A stretch of 64,000 nt of DNA from an uncultured euryarchaeote (GTDB lineage Archaea; Thermoplasmatota; Poseidoniia; Poseidoniales; Thalassarchaeaceae). Shown here piece by piece: positions 27,270 to 36,474 of this stretch. Below the pieces are notes generated by a model that worked only from the letters and a program-made list of their open reading frames with translations, did not search any database and had not been told where the DNA came from. The stretch lies in contig CALDRG010000063.1 in NCBI GenBank assembly GCA_937911265.1, forward strand, positions 5,862-69,861. The letters are read 5' to 3'. Made by a program: the position numbers and the translations under genes. The stretch's first letter is position 1. Each line of letters begins with the position of its first letter.

Positions 27270-28343
27270 TCACCTCTTGCGGGCGGTTATCTTGCCATCG
27301 ACCACGAGGTCAACGTCGTTCAGTTCAATTGTCGGCTTCAACATGACCCCTCGCATGTGGATACCTACGCTTGCCGAGCCACCGAGAGCGGAGTTGTCAC
27401 CGATTCCGAAGTAAGCCGAACCGCGGACCACCTGATCCTCAAGCCTGTTTCCAGTCATCCTCGCCCTCGAGTTCATCCCGAAACCGAACTCAGCCACTGT
27501 TTTGACCAACCCGGCCCTAGACGGACGCAGGCCGACCTTGGCCTCATCGAGCACTGACCCGACACTCTCTGCCAGCTCACCACCGGAGATGCTGACCACC
27601 ATGCCTTCCTCGGCTAGGAAGGTGAGGGGCTCGTCTAGAAGGATGCCTTCCCACGAACCGTCGATGACGATTTTGCCGCTCAGGGTCTGCTCCTTTGGTA
27701 GAACGAAGACCTTTCCGGCCGGCAGGTTAGTCACCTGCCCAGGTCGGTTGCATATGCCGTTGTCCTCGAGCACCCAGCGGGCCCCGGTCCTGAAAGTCAC
27801 ATCGGTGCCTGCTGGAGTCGTCACCCTGACATCGCGCCTACGCCGCAGCATCGGATTCAGCCCTGATATCTCCTTCTGCAGGGCGTTGTAGTCAGCGGTC
27901 ATCCCACCCATCGCCATCATCTCCTCGTTGATTCCAGGCATCGAAGCTATTCTAGCCCCCTCCCGCGATGCGGTCAGTCGTGCACGGGTATGAGTCAGAG
28001 AGTGGCGAGTGGCGAGCAGTACGACATTCTGACGGCGCATCAGATCACCGACCGAGGCCGGGGGCTCGTTGCCCTGCCTGTGTCTGCGAGGCATCATCAT
28101 CATGAGTATTCGATCAGTAACCTCCGAGGCGGCCTCGTATAGTGAGCGACCGACTTCGGAAGTCGACGGGTCGGTGACTACCAGCACGTGCTCGTGCGGC
28201 CGCACCTGCATGCAAGTTCTCACTACTGAACGAGCCGCGGTCAGCATCGCCTCCTCGCGTTCGGTGTCATCACCGATGAAAACATCAGACTCCTCGGCCA
28301 TCGCTCCTCGGCTCGTGATGAGAGTTCTGTTATTCAACACCAC
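27270..28343 (-). CDS. Aminopeptidase, M29 (AmpS/PepS) family
   Basis: Size and motifs (VVTDPSTSEVGRSLYEAA..., GGMTADYN, FGIGDNSALGG) are consistent with thermophilic metalloprotease M29. Confidence 0.55.
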   Translation of the reverse strand: MVLNNRTLITSRGAMAEESDVFIGDDTEREEAMLTAARSVVRTCMQVRPHEHVLVVTDPSTSEVGRSLYEAASEVTDRILMMMMPRRHRQGNEPPASVGDLMRRQNVVLLATRHSLTHTRARLTASREGARIASMPGINEEMMAMGGMTADYNALQKEISGLNPMLRRRRDVRVTTPAGTDVTFRTGARWVLEDNGICNRPGQVTNLPAGKVFVLPKEQTLSGKIVIDGSWEGILLDEPLTFLAEEGMVVSISGGELAESVGSVLDEAKVGLRPSRAGLVKTVAEFGFGMNSRARMTGNRLEDQVVRGSAYFGIGDNSALGGSASVGIHMRGVMLKPTIELNDVDLVVDGKITARKR

Positions 28344-28349
28344 TACATA

Positions 28350-29228
28350 ATGTCAAACCAATTCACCACGGCAGTCATAGGTGAAGATGGGTTGTGCAGA
28401 GTAATGGAAGGCGTCCGGACGGTGCGACTCGTAGCCGCTCTTGCGGTAGCTGCTATGCTCGCCGGTGGCTGGATGATGAACACACCGCTGGACGAAATCA
28501 CCGATGACGGGAGTACAGTGAACGACGAGGGGTCTGCAGCCGTCGACGGAGATTCCGAGGAGGCACAGCCTGTCCTCAAGCGGGAAGAGAAAGAGGATGA
28601 TTCCGGCTCCACACTGCCGCAGAGGCTCCTAGCTGGAGGAGTGGGTGCCCTGGGGTCGCTCATTCTCGGATCGTTCGTACTTGAATTTGTGAAGGTCACA
28701 GTGCTAGTGGCACTGATATCCCCTATGCTCGCGAGGATGAAGAGCAATCGAGAGGACATGCTCACCCGCGGCCGTCTGCTCGGATACCTCGAGGCAAACG
28801 CGGGAATCCACTTCTCCGCACTGCGCGACGCCCTTGGGCTTGCCAACGGAGTGACAGCTTACCACCTCCACACTCTGGAATCAACCGGTCAGATTATTTC
28901 GTGGAGGGATGGTAAACTGCGCCGCTATGCAATTTCCAGTCTGTCTAGGGAGGAAATTGGGCGAATTAGGAACCCTATCGCTGGGACTCGCCTAGCCATA
29001 CTCGAGGTACTGTCCGAATCTGGCAACATAGGCCTCTCAGGCACCGATATCCGATTGAAGTTAGAAATTTCGAGGCAGCTGCTGAGCCACCACCTAAACG
29101 AACTGCGCAATGGTGAGATGGTCGAAGCTGCCTCAGAGGCACGGCGTCCCAAGTGGCGGCTGTCAGACAGTGGGATGGACGTACTAATCACCTCTAGAGA
29201 GGTAGCTCGAATCGAGGCTGTAGCCTGA
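28350..29228 (+). CDS. Membrane-anchored regulator with two tandem winged-helix domains
   Basis: Two TM segments separated by an acidic loop. Then two wHTH units (GYLEANAGIHFSALRDALGLANGVTAYHLHTLESTGQIISWRDG and ILEVLSESGNIGLSGTDIRLKLEISRQLLSHHLNELRNGEMVE). Confidence 0.5.
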   Translation: MSNQFTTAVIGEDGLCRVMEGVRTVRLVAALAVAAMLAGGWMMNTPLDEITDDGSTVNDEGSAAVDGDSEEAQPVLKREEKEDDSGSTLPQRLLAGGVGALGSLILGSFVLEFVKVTVLVALISPMLARMKSNREDMLTRGRLLGYLEANAGIHFSALRDALGLANGVTAYHLHTLESTGQIISWRDGKLRRYAISSLSREEIGRIRNPIAGTRLAILEVLSESGNIGLSGTDIRLKLEISRQLLSHHLNELRNGEMVEAASEARRPKWRLSDSGMDVLITSREVARIEAVA

Positions 29229-29233
29229 ATAAT

Positions 29234-30001
29234 TCAAGGAATCAAACGTCCTTCCATTCCGCCTGCGACCTCGATTACCTGGCCCGTGATGTGTCCCGAT
29301 ATCTCGTCCGAAGCTAGCATGACCACCACGTTAGCCACATCCTCAGGGGTAGCGAGCTTCTTCAGTGCCATCGTCGCAGTTGCACGCCCTACTAGCTCCT
29401 CGTCAACCCCATGTTCGGCCTTCTTTGGCGTAACAGTCCATCCTGGAGCGACCGCATTAACACGGACACCGCCAATATGCGAGACGTCGTTCTTCAATGA
29501 CATCAGCAGACCTGATGTGATGGCGCCCTTAGCAGCAGCGTAGTCAGCATGTCCTGATTCACCGTAGATACCTGCTGTCGAACCAATCAGAACGATTGAC
29601 CCCTGTCCGACTTCTGCGGCGTGGCCAAGGAAGGCGCGAACAGTGCTCACTGTAACCCCAAGATTGGAGTCAATGGTGGAGGTCCAACGCTCACCATCAA
29701 TTTCCCAAAGCGGCTTGGACGGTGTGGGATAATGGCCGGCATTAGCGATGCAAATATCGAGGCCTCCGGATTCGGAGACAATGCTTCGAACCATCGATAG
29801 CGCTTCCTTGTCATCGCGCAGATCCGCACGGATAGCTATTCCATCGATTTCCTCGGCCAGCGATACGGCTGCGGCGGTCGAAGAAAAATGATGCACGACC
29901 ACGCGAGCACCCTCAGCGGCGAACGCTCTGCAAATGGCCTGACCTATGCCACCAGCACCGCCGGTGACGAGCACAACCTTGCCATGCAGCCCGGTTTCCA
30001 C
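29234..30001 (-). CDS. SDR family oxidoreductase (FabG-like)
   Basis: TGGAGGIGQA cofactor motif, NAG, YAAAK catalytic motif. Confidence 0.8.
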   Translation of the reverse strand: METGLHGKVVLVTGGAGGIGQAICRAFAAEGARVVVHHFSSTAAAVSLAEEIDGIAIRADLRDDKEALSMVRSIVSESGGLDICIANAGHYPTPSKPLWEIDGERWTSTIDSNLGVTVSTVRAFLGHAAEVGQGSIVLIGSTAGIYGESGHADYAAAKGAITSGLLMSLKNDVSHIGGVRVNAVAPGWTVTPKKAEHGVDEELVGRATATMALKKLATPEDVANVVVMLASDEISGHITGQVIEVAGGMEGRLIP

Positions 30002-30049
30002 GCAGGACGGGAGATGTTCCGCTACTTTATGTCCTCAGACTATCTGCCT

Positions 30050-30826
30050 ATGAAGCGAATGCGTGTAGCAATCACCAGAGGAGTTAGCCCGAACATCGGA
30101 GTCTGCGAGCTGACCTTTCTCGAGCGCGAAGCTATCGATGTCGAAAACGCGCGGGCTCAGCACGGCCTCTACGAAGAGATTCTCAAGGAACTCGGCTGTC
30201 GAGTCGAACACCTTGATGAGGAGCTAGACTTTCCCGATTCGGTGTTCGTCGAGGACATTGCCATCGTGCTTGACGAAATCGCGATTATCACGAGGCCGGG
30301 GGCGCTTTCCCGACGTGGCGAACGTCGTTCGATCGAACGGGCGCTCGCACCCCACCGCTCGCTCAAGCACATCCAGGCGCCCGCGATACTCGATGGAGGG
30401 GACGTCATGGTCGTGGCCAAGAGTATCTACGTCGGCATCTCCACCCGCAGCAACGCCGGGGCCGTGCGCCAGCTGAGGGCGCTGGTCACCGACCATGGCT
30501 ACCGCGTTATGGAGGTCGAGTTCAACGGATGTCTCCACCTGAAGTCAGCGGTGACCGCGGTCTCAGACAACACCCTTCTCATCAATCCTGAGTGGGTCGA
30601 TGCCGGTGCCTTTCCCGAGCATGCCTGCATCTCCGTCGACCCGTCGGAGCCGAGCGCGGCCAATGTCGTCCGCATTGGTAGCACGGTCCTTTTCGCAGCC
30701 GACTTCCCTTGGACCGGCCAGCGCCTCTCTGCCCTAGGCTATGATGCACGGCCCGTAGTCGCCTCGGAACTGGCAAAAGCCGAAGGTGCGCTGACATGCT
30801 GTAGCCTCATCTTTGAGGCGCCGTAG
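30050..30826 (+). CDS. Dimethylarginine dimethylaminohydrolase / amidinotransferase-superfamily enzyme
   Basis: C-terminal GALTCCSLIFEA with catalytic Cys. Pentein-fold length. Start moved to ATG 30050 to avoid a 114-nt overlap with the SDR gene. Confidence 0.6.
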   Translation: MKRMRVAITRGVSPNIGVCELTFLEREAIDVENARAQHGLYEEILKELGCRVEHLDEELDFPDSVFVEDIAIVLDEIAIITRPGALSRRGERRSIERALAPHRSLKHIQAPAILDGGDVMVVAKSIYVGISTRSNAGAVRQLRALVTDHGYRVMEVEFNGCLHLKSAVTAVSDNTLLINPEWVDAGAFPEHACISVDPSEPSAANVVRIGSTVLFAADFPWTGQRLSALGYDARPVVASELAKAEGALTCCSLIFEAP

Positions 30827-30860
30827 AAATAGTTACTATCCTGAATTCTGTGTCTCAATG

Positions 30861-31220
30861 TCAAATCCAGACATCATTGGAGGCTGTTAATTCGCCTTCT
30901 GTGCTGCCAGTATTGACGATGTCGCGAGGTTCAACAAGCATGACCTCGCATTCAGTTTCAGCACAGGGTTTGTGATTAACTCCTTTTGGGACCACATACA
31001 TGTCACCCTTACTCAATTCCACAGTCTCGTTCTCAAACTCTATTTTCATCTCACCCTTGATTACGATGAACACCTCATCGGTATCTGTATGATTATGCCA
31101 AATGAAATCGCCCTGAATTTTGACTAATTTGAATTGGTAATCGTTCATCTCTGCGATTACCTTTGGAGACCAGTGTTCTGAAAACAGAGATAGTTTGTCT
31201 TTGAGATTTATTTTTCCCAT
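30861..31220 (-). CDS. Cupin-domain protein (low-GC, likely horizontally acquired)
   Basis: Cupin motifs HNHTDTDEVFIVIKG and VVPKGVNH. Gene is about 40 percent GC against about 58 percent for its neighbours. Confidence 0.65.
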   Translation of the reverse strand: MGKINLKDKLSLFSEHWSPKVIAEMNDYQFKLVKIQGDFIWHNHTDTDEVFIVIKGEMKIEFENETVELSKGDMYVVPKGVNHKPCAETECEVMLVEPRDIVNTGSTEGELTASNDVWI

Positions 31221-31243
31221 TTTCTCCCTGCCTTGTTATACGA

Positions 31244-34200
31244 TTAATCCTCAAACTCTTCATCCAACTCTCGTGGGTCGAATCCGGACCACGACTCGAT
31301 CATCTCGAGGTCCTTTGAGACCTGCCTCCTGCGGGTGCTCGCGTAGGCTATCCCCACCATTACAGCTAGAGTCATGGCCATAATCAGGAATGGGAGACCT
31401 GTTCCGAACAGCCAGTCGAACATACTCGTGTCCTTGGGCGACTCGATAGGAATGACTTCAACGAGGCCTGGGCTGACCATGTCGCCATCGAGCGCCCACA
31501 CCTCCACCCTCGCGCTACTCCCTGTCAAGGTCCAGACCGATATGTAGGTCCAGATGCCATCACCGGCGAACTGATCGCCCTCCGTACCATCATCCCAGAA
31601 CTCGAGGGATTGCGACACCCCGCCAGCGCGCAGCTCTCCGCGCACGGAGGAGGTGGTGCCGTCGGGGTCTACGAGCCGCACCGTGATGAGGACCGATGTC
31701 GGCTCCTCAAGGTCGATGCTGTTCGGTGAGACCTCGAGCTCATACAACTGCGGCGAGCTTGAGCCGATTGTGAGGTTGATCGAGGCCGAAGATGAGGCGC
31801 CCCTCGAGTCCTTGACCAGCAAGTCGATGCGCACAGGCCCTGGCGGGAAACTCGCAGTATGGACTATCTTGTCGCTCAGCAGCGTTCCGTCATTCAGAAC
31901 CCATTGGTAGAGTACGATGTCGTCATCGTAGTCATGGGAGGCCGAGGCGTTGAGTACCACGGACTCGCCCGGTGGGATGTACTGGCCTTCCGAGAGTCCG
32001 GAGATTCCCGCCACGGGTCCGGTCTCCAGCACCTTGAGTGCCTGTGAGTGGGTGCGCTGCATCCCGTTGGAGTCTATCAGCTCAAAGCGCAGTATGTGCT
32101 CTCCGGCCGGCAGGTAGTCGTTGTACCAGTAGTCCGCCGTCTTGTCCTCAAGTATCGGCTCGGCCATCAGGTCTGAGTACACGCTGACGGTGAAGTCGTC
32201 GCCGTCGGGATCGAACGAGCGACGAAAGTCAAACAGCACAGGCAGATTGGAGTAGACCTCGATATCAGGCATCGGCGAGTCAAGGACGAGGACCGGGGCC
32301 GACTCATCGACCCTGACCATAATCTCAGCCACGTCCGAGGTCCCTGAGCCATCCTCGACAGTCAAGGTGACTTGATGCACGCCCTCCGGCAACCTAGTCT
32401 CTAACACCCATCCGCTACCCATCGGCTCGCTCAACAGATCGCTCTCCCAGAGCACGCTGACTAGATCGGTGCTGAATGCCGCAAAGGGATTGCAAACCAG
32501 CCCACTACCGTTGTCAGGCAGGTCGATGCAAGCAGCGTCCCAGTCCCCCGAGCCAGTGGCATCGAAGACCAGTAGTTCTCCAGAGTCAGTCAGTATCCCG
32601 TCGGACGGGCTGGCAATCAGTGCCACGGGCGGTGAGTTGGATATGCTGAGCTCGGCGGTGGCAGAGTTCCACATGCCTGCATGATTAGGGCGATTGTCGC
32701 TCGCGTACATCGTGATGATGTGGTCTCCTTTCGACAGGGTCCCAATCCACTCGACTGTCGAGTCAGGTGTCACCCCAAAGGCGAGAAGTCCGTCGCGGTC
32801 GCTCCAGAACTCGAACTTGACTCCGTCACCCTCGGGGTCGAAGGTCGCAGTTCCGTCGAGTCGTACGGTTGCCGACGATGTCATGCCCGTGCGAGTGATC
32901 TCTAGGTTTGCCACTGGTATCTCATTGTAGAGCTCGACGTTGAAGGTCCACGAGACGGGGACATTGACGCCGTCCGAGGCGTACACCGTCACCGAGAACT
33001 GGTTGGGTGCGCCCGGGAAGGTGTGGATGATTGTGGCAGGGCACTCTGCATCTCCTGCAGGTGGCTGACCGGTGCCTTGCTCGTAAGAGGCCTCCACCCA
33101 GCAGTGCAGTTCGTCTCCCTCTGGGTCGTATGTGCTGCCTAGATGGATAGTGACGTTGGCAGTGATTCCGAGGTAGAGAGTGCCCCAGGCCGAGATCTGC
33201 GGCGTTGTTCCGACCGAAAGCACTGGGGGCAGGTTGACCAGTTCAATCTCACGGGTCCCCTGCACACATTGGTTCTGGCTGTCGCAGACCTCGAGGGTAA
33301 TCTGATGGACTCCATCTGAGAGACAGACGGCGGCGTTGAGGTTGGCAGTGAACGACGAACCGTTTCCGCCTGGGGGCGAGCCGCACGCGCTCAACAGGTC
33401 GCCGTCGATGCTGCTGGTCCAGCTGTAACTCAATTCGTCGAAGTCAAGGTCCCATGACCGATTGGCGTCGAAGACCACCTGGCCACCGCTGGCATAGACC
33501 GCCTCATGCTCGGGCGAGTCCCACAGGATGAAAGGCGGCTGATTGGACAGCTCAAGACGGCAGAACACCGAGATATCCGCGTCGAGGTCGACTGCTGTAG
33601 TGTCGTTGTGAACGCCATCGTAGTCACAACCGGTGTGGACCGTGTTGACGTCGGACCAGCCCTGCATCGGAGTCCAGCGCTCACCGATGAAGGGGCCGTA
33701 CGAGTATTGTCCTGAGTATGGCAGGGTGCCTGTGTGCTCGGACTCGTACAGGTCGAAGGTGAGGTTGAACTCGGCATGAGGGATGTGTAGCAGGTGCTGG
33801 TTGACGGAATGGACCTCGACCATCCACATCACATCGAGGATGTTGTCCTGTCCAGTGTAGGTCGGTGTGTCGAGATCGTCTGAGGATATCCAACGCAGAT
33901 GGCTGTCGCCCAACATCTCGAAACTATCGGCGAATCCACTGGTGAACCACGAGTCGGTGAAATTGACGAAACTGGAGGTGACGCTTGCCGGAGCGCCGGA
34001 ATAACAAGCCATTGCGACATTGTGGACGAACAACTCGCTGTGATCGACCATGTCGAAACAGGAATCGGTATTGCCGCGGATTACGCTGTTCTCAAGGTAC
34101 GAGATCTCCTGACTACTGGCGTCCCACATCAGGCCGCCATTGTCGCCGTTCATGTCGAGTCCTCGGACCAGACCGTCGACTTCGTCCAGCGTGACTGAGT

Positions 34201-35887
34201 GACCGGTCGAATTGAGGTTGATCTTGATATCATCCATGATGATCGTGCCCTCGTGGTCCATCCCACTGTTGTCGATGTCCAGTGCTGGGGCGTTGACAGA
34301 ATCCCTAATGTCAACTGAGAGCAATTGCAGGTCGATGCTGTCGCGTACCACGAATCCATACTGGTCCTCGATTGATGTGCACTCGAAGCAGGTCGAGTTC
34401 TTGCCGCCGCTCATGACGTCGTTAGACTCGTGGAAGTAGAAACCGGCCCCGAGTTGCGGCAGTGCCGCGCCGAGTCCATTCTGATAGGTCGTCACGTATG
34501 CCAATTCGACATTGCTGGAGTCTCTGACCGAGACACCGTGTCCGCCGTTGCCGGTGCTGATTACCCCGGATAGGTCGGGGTGGAATTCGCGGATATCCAC
34601 CCCGGTAGCCCCATTGTCGGCTATCACCCAATCAGCGCCCTGAGCACCTCCCTTCCACAGTAGTACGCCCGGTCCCGTTGAGTTGCGGACCACTAAGTCA
34701 TTGATGGTAGGGGCCCAGTTGGCGCTGCGCATGAACATGCCAGCCCTGTCGTTGAGAGGAGCTGTGGCGCTCGGCCTGCCGTTCCTCAGCAGATCAATCT
34801 CGTTGAGTATAGTCGAGGAACCAATCATGTAGGCCTTGAAACCGACAACGGCGTTGTCCTCGATTAGCGCGTTAGTGACCTGCACCCCGCTAGTATTGAC
34901 CTCGAATGCGGCGTAAGCAAGCCCAGGTGTCTTGGCCCCCGGTCCTCCCGTCCCCCTCACCTCGAGGTCGTTGAAGACAGCGTTGTGAGGTACGTTGGAG
35001 TACTGGCTGTGGTTGTATTGCTCGACCATGATGCCATAGTACTGGCTGTCTTCCACTGTCATTCCCACAAAGGTCGGTCGAGTGGTCCATCCAGAGGTGA
35101 TGTGGCGCACGAAGATACCGCTGTCACAGCGGCTCACGCTGGAGTCTGATATCAGTGGTATCGAGTCCTCCACCCATATCCCGGCAGCGATAGCAAGGGT
35201 GGAGCCGCTGACATTGGATATCTCTAGATTTGAGATTAGACCGCCCGAGTTGCCCCAGTAGTTCAGTCCACGGGTAATCAGGCCGTCGGCAGTCATGCCA
35301 TCAATGATGGGAGCCGAGTACGCCCCAACGGAAAGTCCGATGCCGTAGCGCCATGAAGTGGAAAATCCGTGGACATCCTGACCGCCGCCGTCTATGATGA
35401 GGTCATTGATTCGTGGCGAGGCCCCGTCGAACAGGTCGACGGCAACCATGTCAGCGTTGATGATCGTGAGGTCGTTCATGGTCGGATCGCTGTCATAGAT
35501 GGTGACGCCGTACTCCGCATCGGTGATTGTGAGATTCTCTATCTTGGAGCCCAGCCCGCTGCTGCTCGAATTGAATACGACGCCGTCGTGATTGCCCAAG
35601 ATGGATTCGAGTAGCACTGGCGCTGTGCTCGTGCCCTGTACGGTGATTCTTCCAGCCACGAGTATGTTCTCATCATCGCCGAGCTGGATGGTTGTTCCAG
35701 ATTGTACTACGAGTATTTCCCCACTCTCAACTGTGTAGCCATCCTGAAGCACCATAGTTCCCGACCACACGGTGGTCGAACGAGACACAGCACCAAACGT
35801 AGCTGGGACCAGTGGAGAGGCTGAAAGCAGCAGCAGGAGAATAAGTGCTACAGCACGCCTGCGAACTGCCGAAACAGATGCTTGCAT
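31244..35887 (-). CDS. Giant surface protein (1547 aa): signal peptide, right-handed parallel beta-helix repeats, Ig/PKD-like domains, C-terminal TM anchor plus acidic tail
   Basis: N-terminal MQASVSAVRRRAVALILLLLLSASPLVPA signal. Many NxxG/SxGxxI beta-helix-like repeats in the first roughly 750 aa. Repeated all-beta modules after that. C-terminal LPFLIMAMTLAVMVGIAYASTRRRQ then ...ELDEEFED. Confidence 0.6.
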   Translation of the reverse strand: MQASVSAVRRRAVALILLLLLSASPLVPATFGAVSRSTTVWSGTMVLQDGYTVESGEILVVQSGTTIQLGDDENILVAGRITVQGTSTAPVLLESILGNHDGVVFNSSSSGLGSKIENLTITDAEYGVTIYDSDPTMNDLTIINADMVAVDLFDGASPRINDLIIDGGGQDVHGFSTSWRYGIGLSVGAYSAPIIDGMTADGLITRGLNYWGNSGGLISNLEISNVSGSTLAIAAGIWVEDSIPLISDSSVSRCDSGIFVRHITSGWTTRPTFVGMTVEDSQYYGIMVEQYNHSQYSNVPHNAVFNDLEVRGTGGPGAKTPGLAYAAFEVNTSGVQVTNALIEDNAVVGFKAYMIGSSTILNEIDLLRNGRPSATAPLNDRAGMFMRSANWAPTINDLVVRNSTGPGVLLWKGGAQGADWVIADNGATGVDIREFHPDLSGVISTGNGGHGVSVRDSSNVELAYVTTYQNGLGAALPQLGAGFYFHESNDVMSGGKNSTCFECTSIEDQYGFVVRDSIDLQLLSVDIRDSVNAPALDIDNSGMDHEGTIIMDDIKINLNSTGHSVTLDEVDGLVRGLDMNGDNGGLMWDASSQEISYLENSVIRGNTDSCFDMVDHSELFVHNVAMACYSGAPASVTSSFVNFTDSWFTSGFADSFEMLGDSHLRWISSDDLDTPTYTGQDNILDVMWMVEVHSVNQHLLHIPHAEFNLTFDLYESEHTGTLPYSGQYSYGPFIGERWTPMQGWSDVNTVHTGCDYDGVHNDTTAVDLDADISVFCRLELSNQPPFILWDSPEHEAVYASGGQVVFDANRSWDLDFDELSYSWTSSIDGDLLSACGSPPGGNGSSFTANLNAAVCLSDGVHQITLEVCDSQNQCVQGTREIELVNLPPVLSVGTTPQISAWGTLYLGITANVTIHLGSTYDPEGDELHCWVEASYEQGTGQPPAGDAECPATIIHTFPGAPNQFSVTVYASDGVNVPVSWTFNVELYNEIPVANLEITRTGMTSSATVRLDGTATFDPEGDGVKFEFWSDRDGLLAFGVTPDSTVEWIGTLSKGDHIITMYASDNRPNHAGMWNSATAELSISNSPPVALIASPSDGILTDSGELLVFDATGSGDWDAACIDLPDNGSGLVCNPFAAFSTDLVSVLWESDLLSEPMGSGWVLETRLPEGVHQVTLTVEDGSGTSDVAEIMVRVDESAPVLVLDSPMPDIEVYSNLPVLFDFRRSFDPDGDDFTVSVYSDLMAEPILEDKTADYWYNDYLPAGEHILRFELIDSNGMQRTHSQALKVLETGPVAGISGLSEGQYIPPGESVVLNASASHDYDDDIVLYQWVLNDGTLLSDKIVHTASFPPGPVRIDLLVKDSRGASSSASINLTIGSSSPQLYELEVSPNSIDLEEPTSVLITVRLVDPDGTTSSVRGELRAGGVSQSLEFWDDGTEGDQFAGDGIWTYISVWTLTGSSARVEVWALDGDMVSPGLVEVIPIESPKDTSMFDWLFGTGLPFLIMAMTLAVMVGIAYASTRRRQVSKDLEMIESWSGFDPRELDEEFED

Positions 35888-36004
35888 GGCTTAGTCCGCT
35901 CGCTGTCCTCCTGTTATCCCTTACGCACACATGAGCGATGCTGAACTAACATATAGCAGAGGTCATAAACAGCGACCGAGGGCGATGCCCGTCGAGGACT
36001 GAGA

Positions 36005-36238
36005 ATGAGTACTGCCTTCGTTCTGATTAAGGTAGAGCCGGGACTCGAGAAAGATGTGTATCTGGCACTTCTAGAAATTGACAGCATCACAGAGACTCAT
36101 GTTTCCTACGGGGAGTATGATCTGGTGACACGTATTGACTTCGCCGATGAAGGAGAGATGGCCAAGACCCTGATTGGTAAAATGCGCTCAGTGGCTGGAA
36201 TCATCAAGACTGAGACGCTGATTGCGGTGGAGGTGTGA
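36005..36238 (+). CDS. Stand-alone RAM-domain protein (Lrp/AsnC C-terminal ligand-binding domain only)
   Basis: 77 aa, AFVLIKVEPG...VYLALLEIDSITETHVSYGEYDLVTRIDFAD...IGKMRSVAGIIKTETLIA pattern of AsnC_trans_reg domains. No HTH. Confidence 0.65.
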   Translation: MSTAFVLIKVEPGLEKDVYLALLEIDSITETHVSYGEYDLVTRIDFADEGEMAKTLIGKMRSVAGIIKTETLIAVEV

Positions 36239-36240
36239 GA

Positions 36241-36474
36241 ATGGCTGTCGGATTCGTTCTCATCACGACCGGGGTAGGCTGTGAGATTGCTGTCAGGGAG
36301 GCCGTAGGTGCCATCGAGGGAGTGGTCGGGCAGTGGATTGTCTTCGGACCTCATGACCTATTCGTCAAGATTGAGGCTGATGACGAGGCTGAACTGACTC
36401 GTTGCATCGTTCAGGGAGTCAGGTCAATTCCCGGAATCACCGAGACACGCACCCTCATCGGTGCAGAGATCTAG
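36241..36474 (+). CDS. Stand-alone RAM-domain protein, paralogue of the preceding gene
   Basis: 78 aa, GFVLITTGVGCEIAVREAVGAIEGVVGQWIVFGPHDLFVKIEAD...VRSIPGITETRTLIG. GGAGGTG SD 6 nt upstream. Stop of the first gene overlaps the spacer. Confidence 0.65.
   Translation: MAVGFVLITTGVGCEIAVREAVGAIEGVVGQWIVFGPHDLFVKIEADDEAELTRCIVQGVRSIPGITETRTLIGAEI

Noticed and set aside
29888-30049. Upstream part of the DDAH-like ORF overlapping the SDR gene on the opposite strand
   Set aside because: A 114-nt antisense overlap is unlikely. An internal ATG at 30050 lies just after the SDR start on the other strand.
33985-34194. Arg-rich 69-aa ORF and other small ORFs inside the 1547-aa surface protein gene
   Set aside because: Nested in a continuous 4.6-kb reading frame with signal peptide and TM anchor. 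Arg/Cys-rich translations are out-of-frame artefacts.
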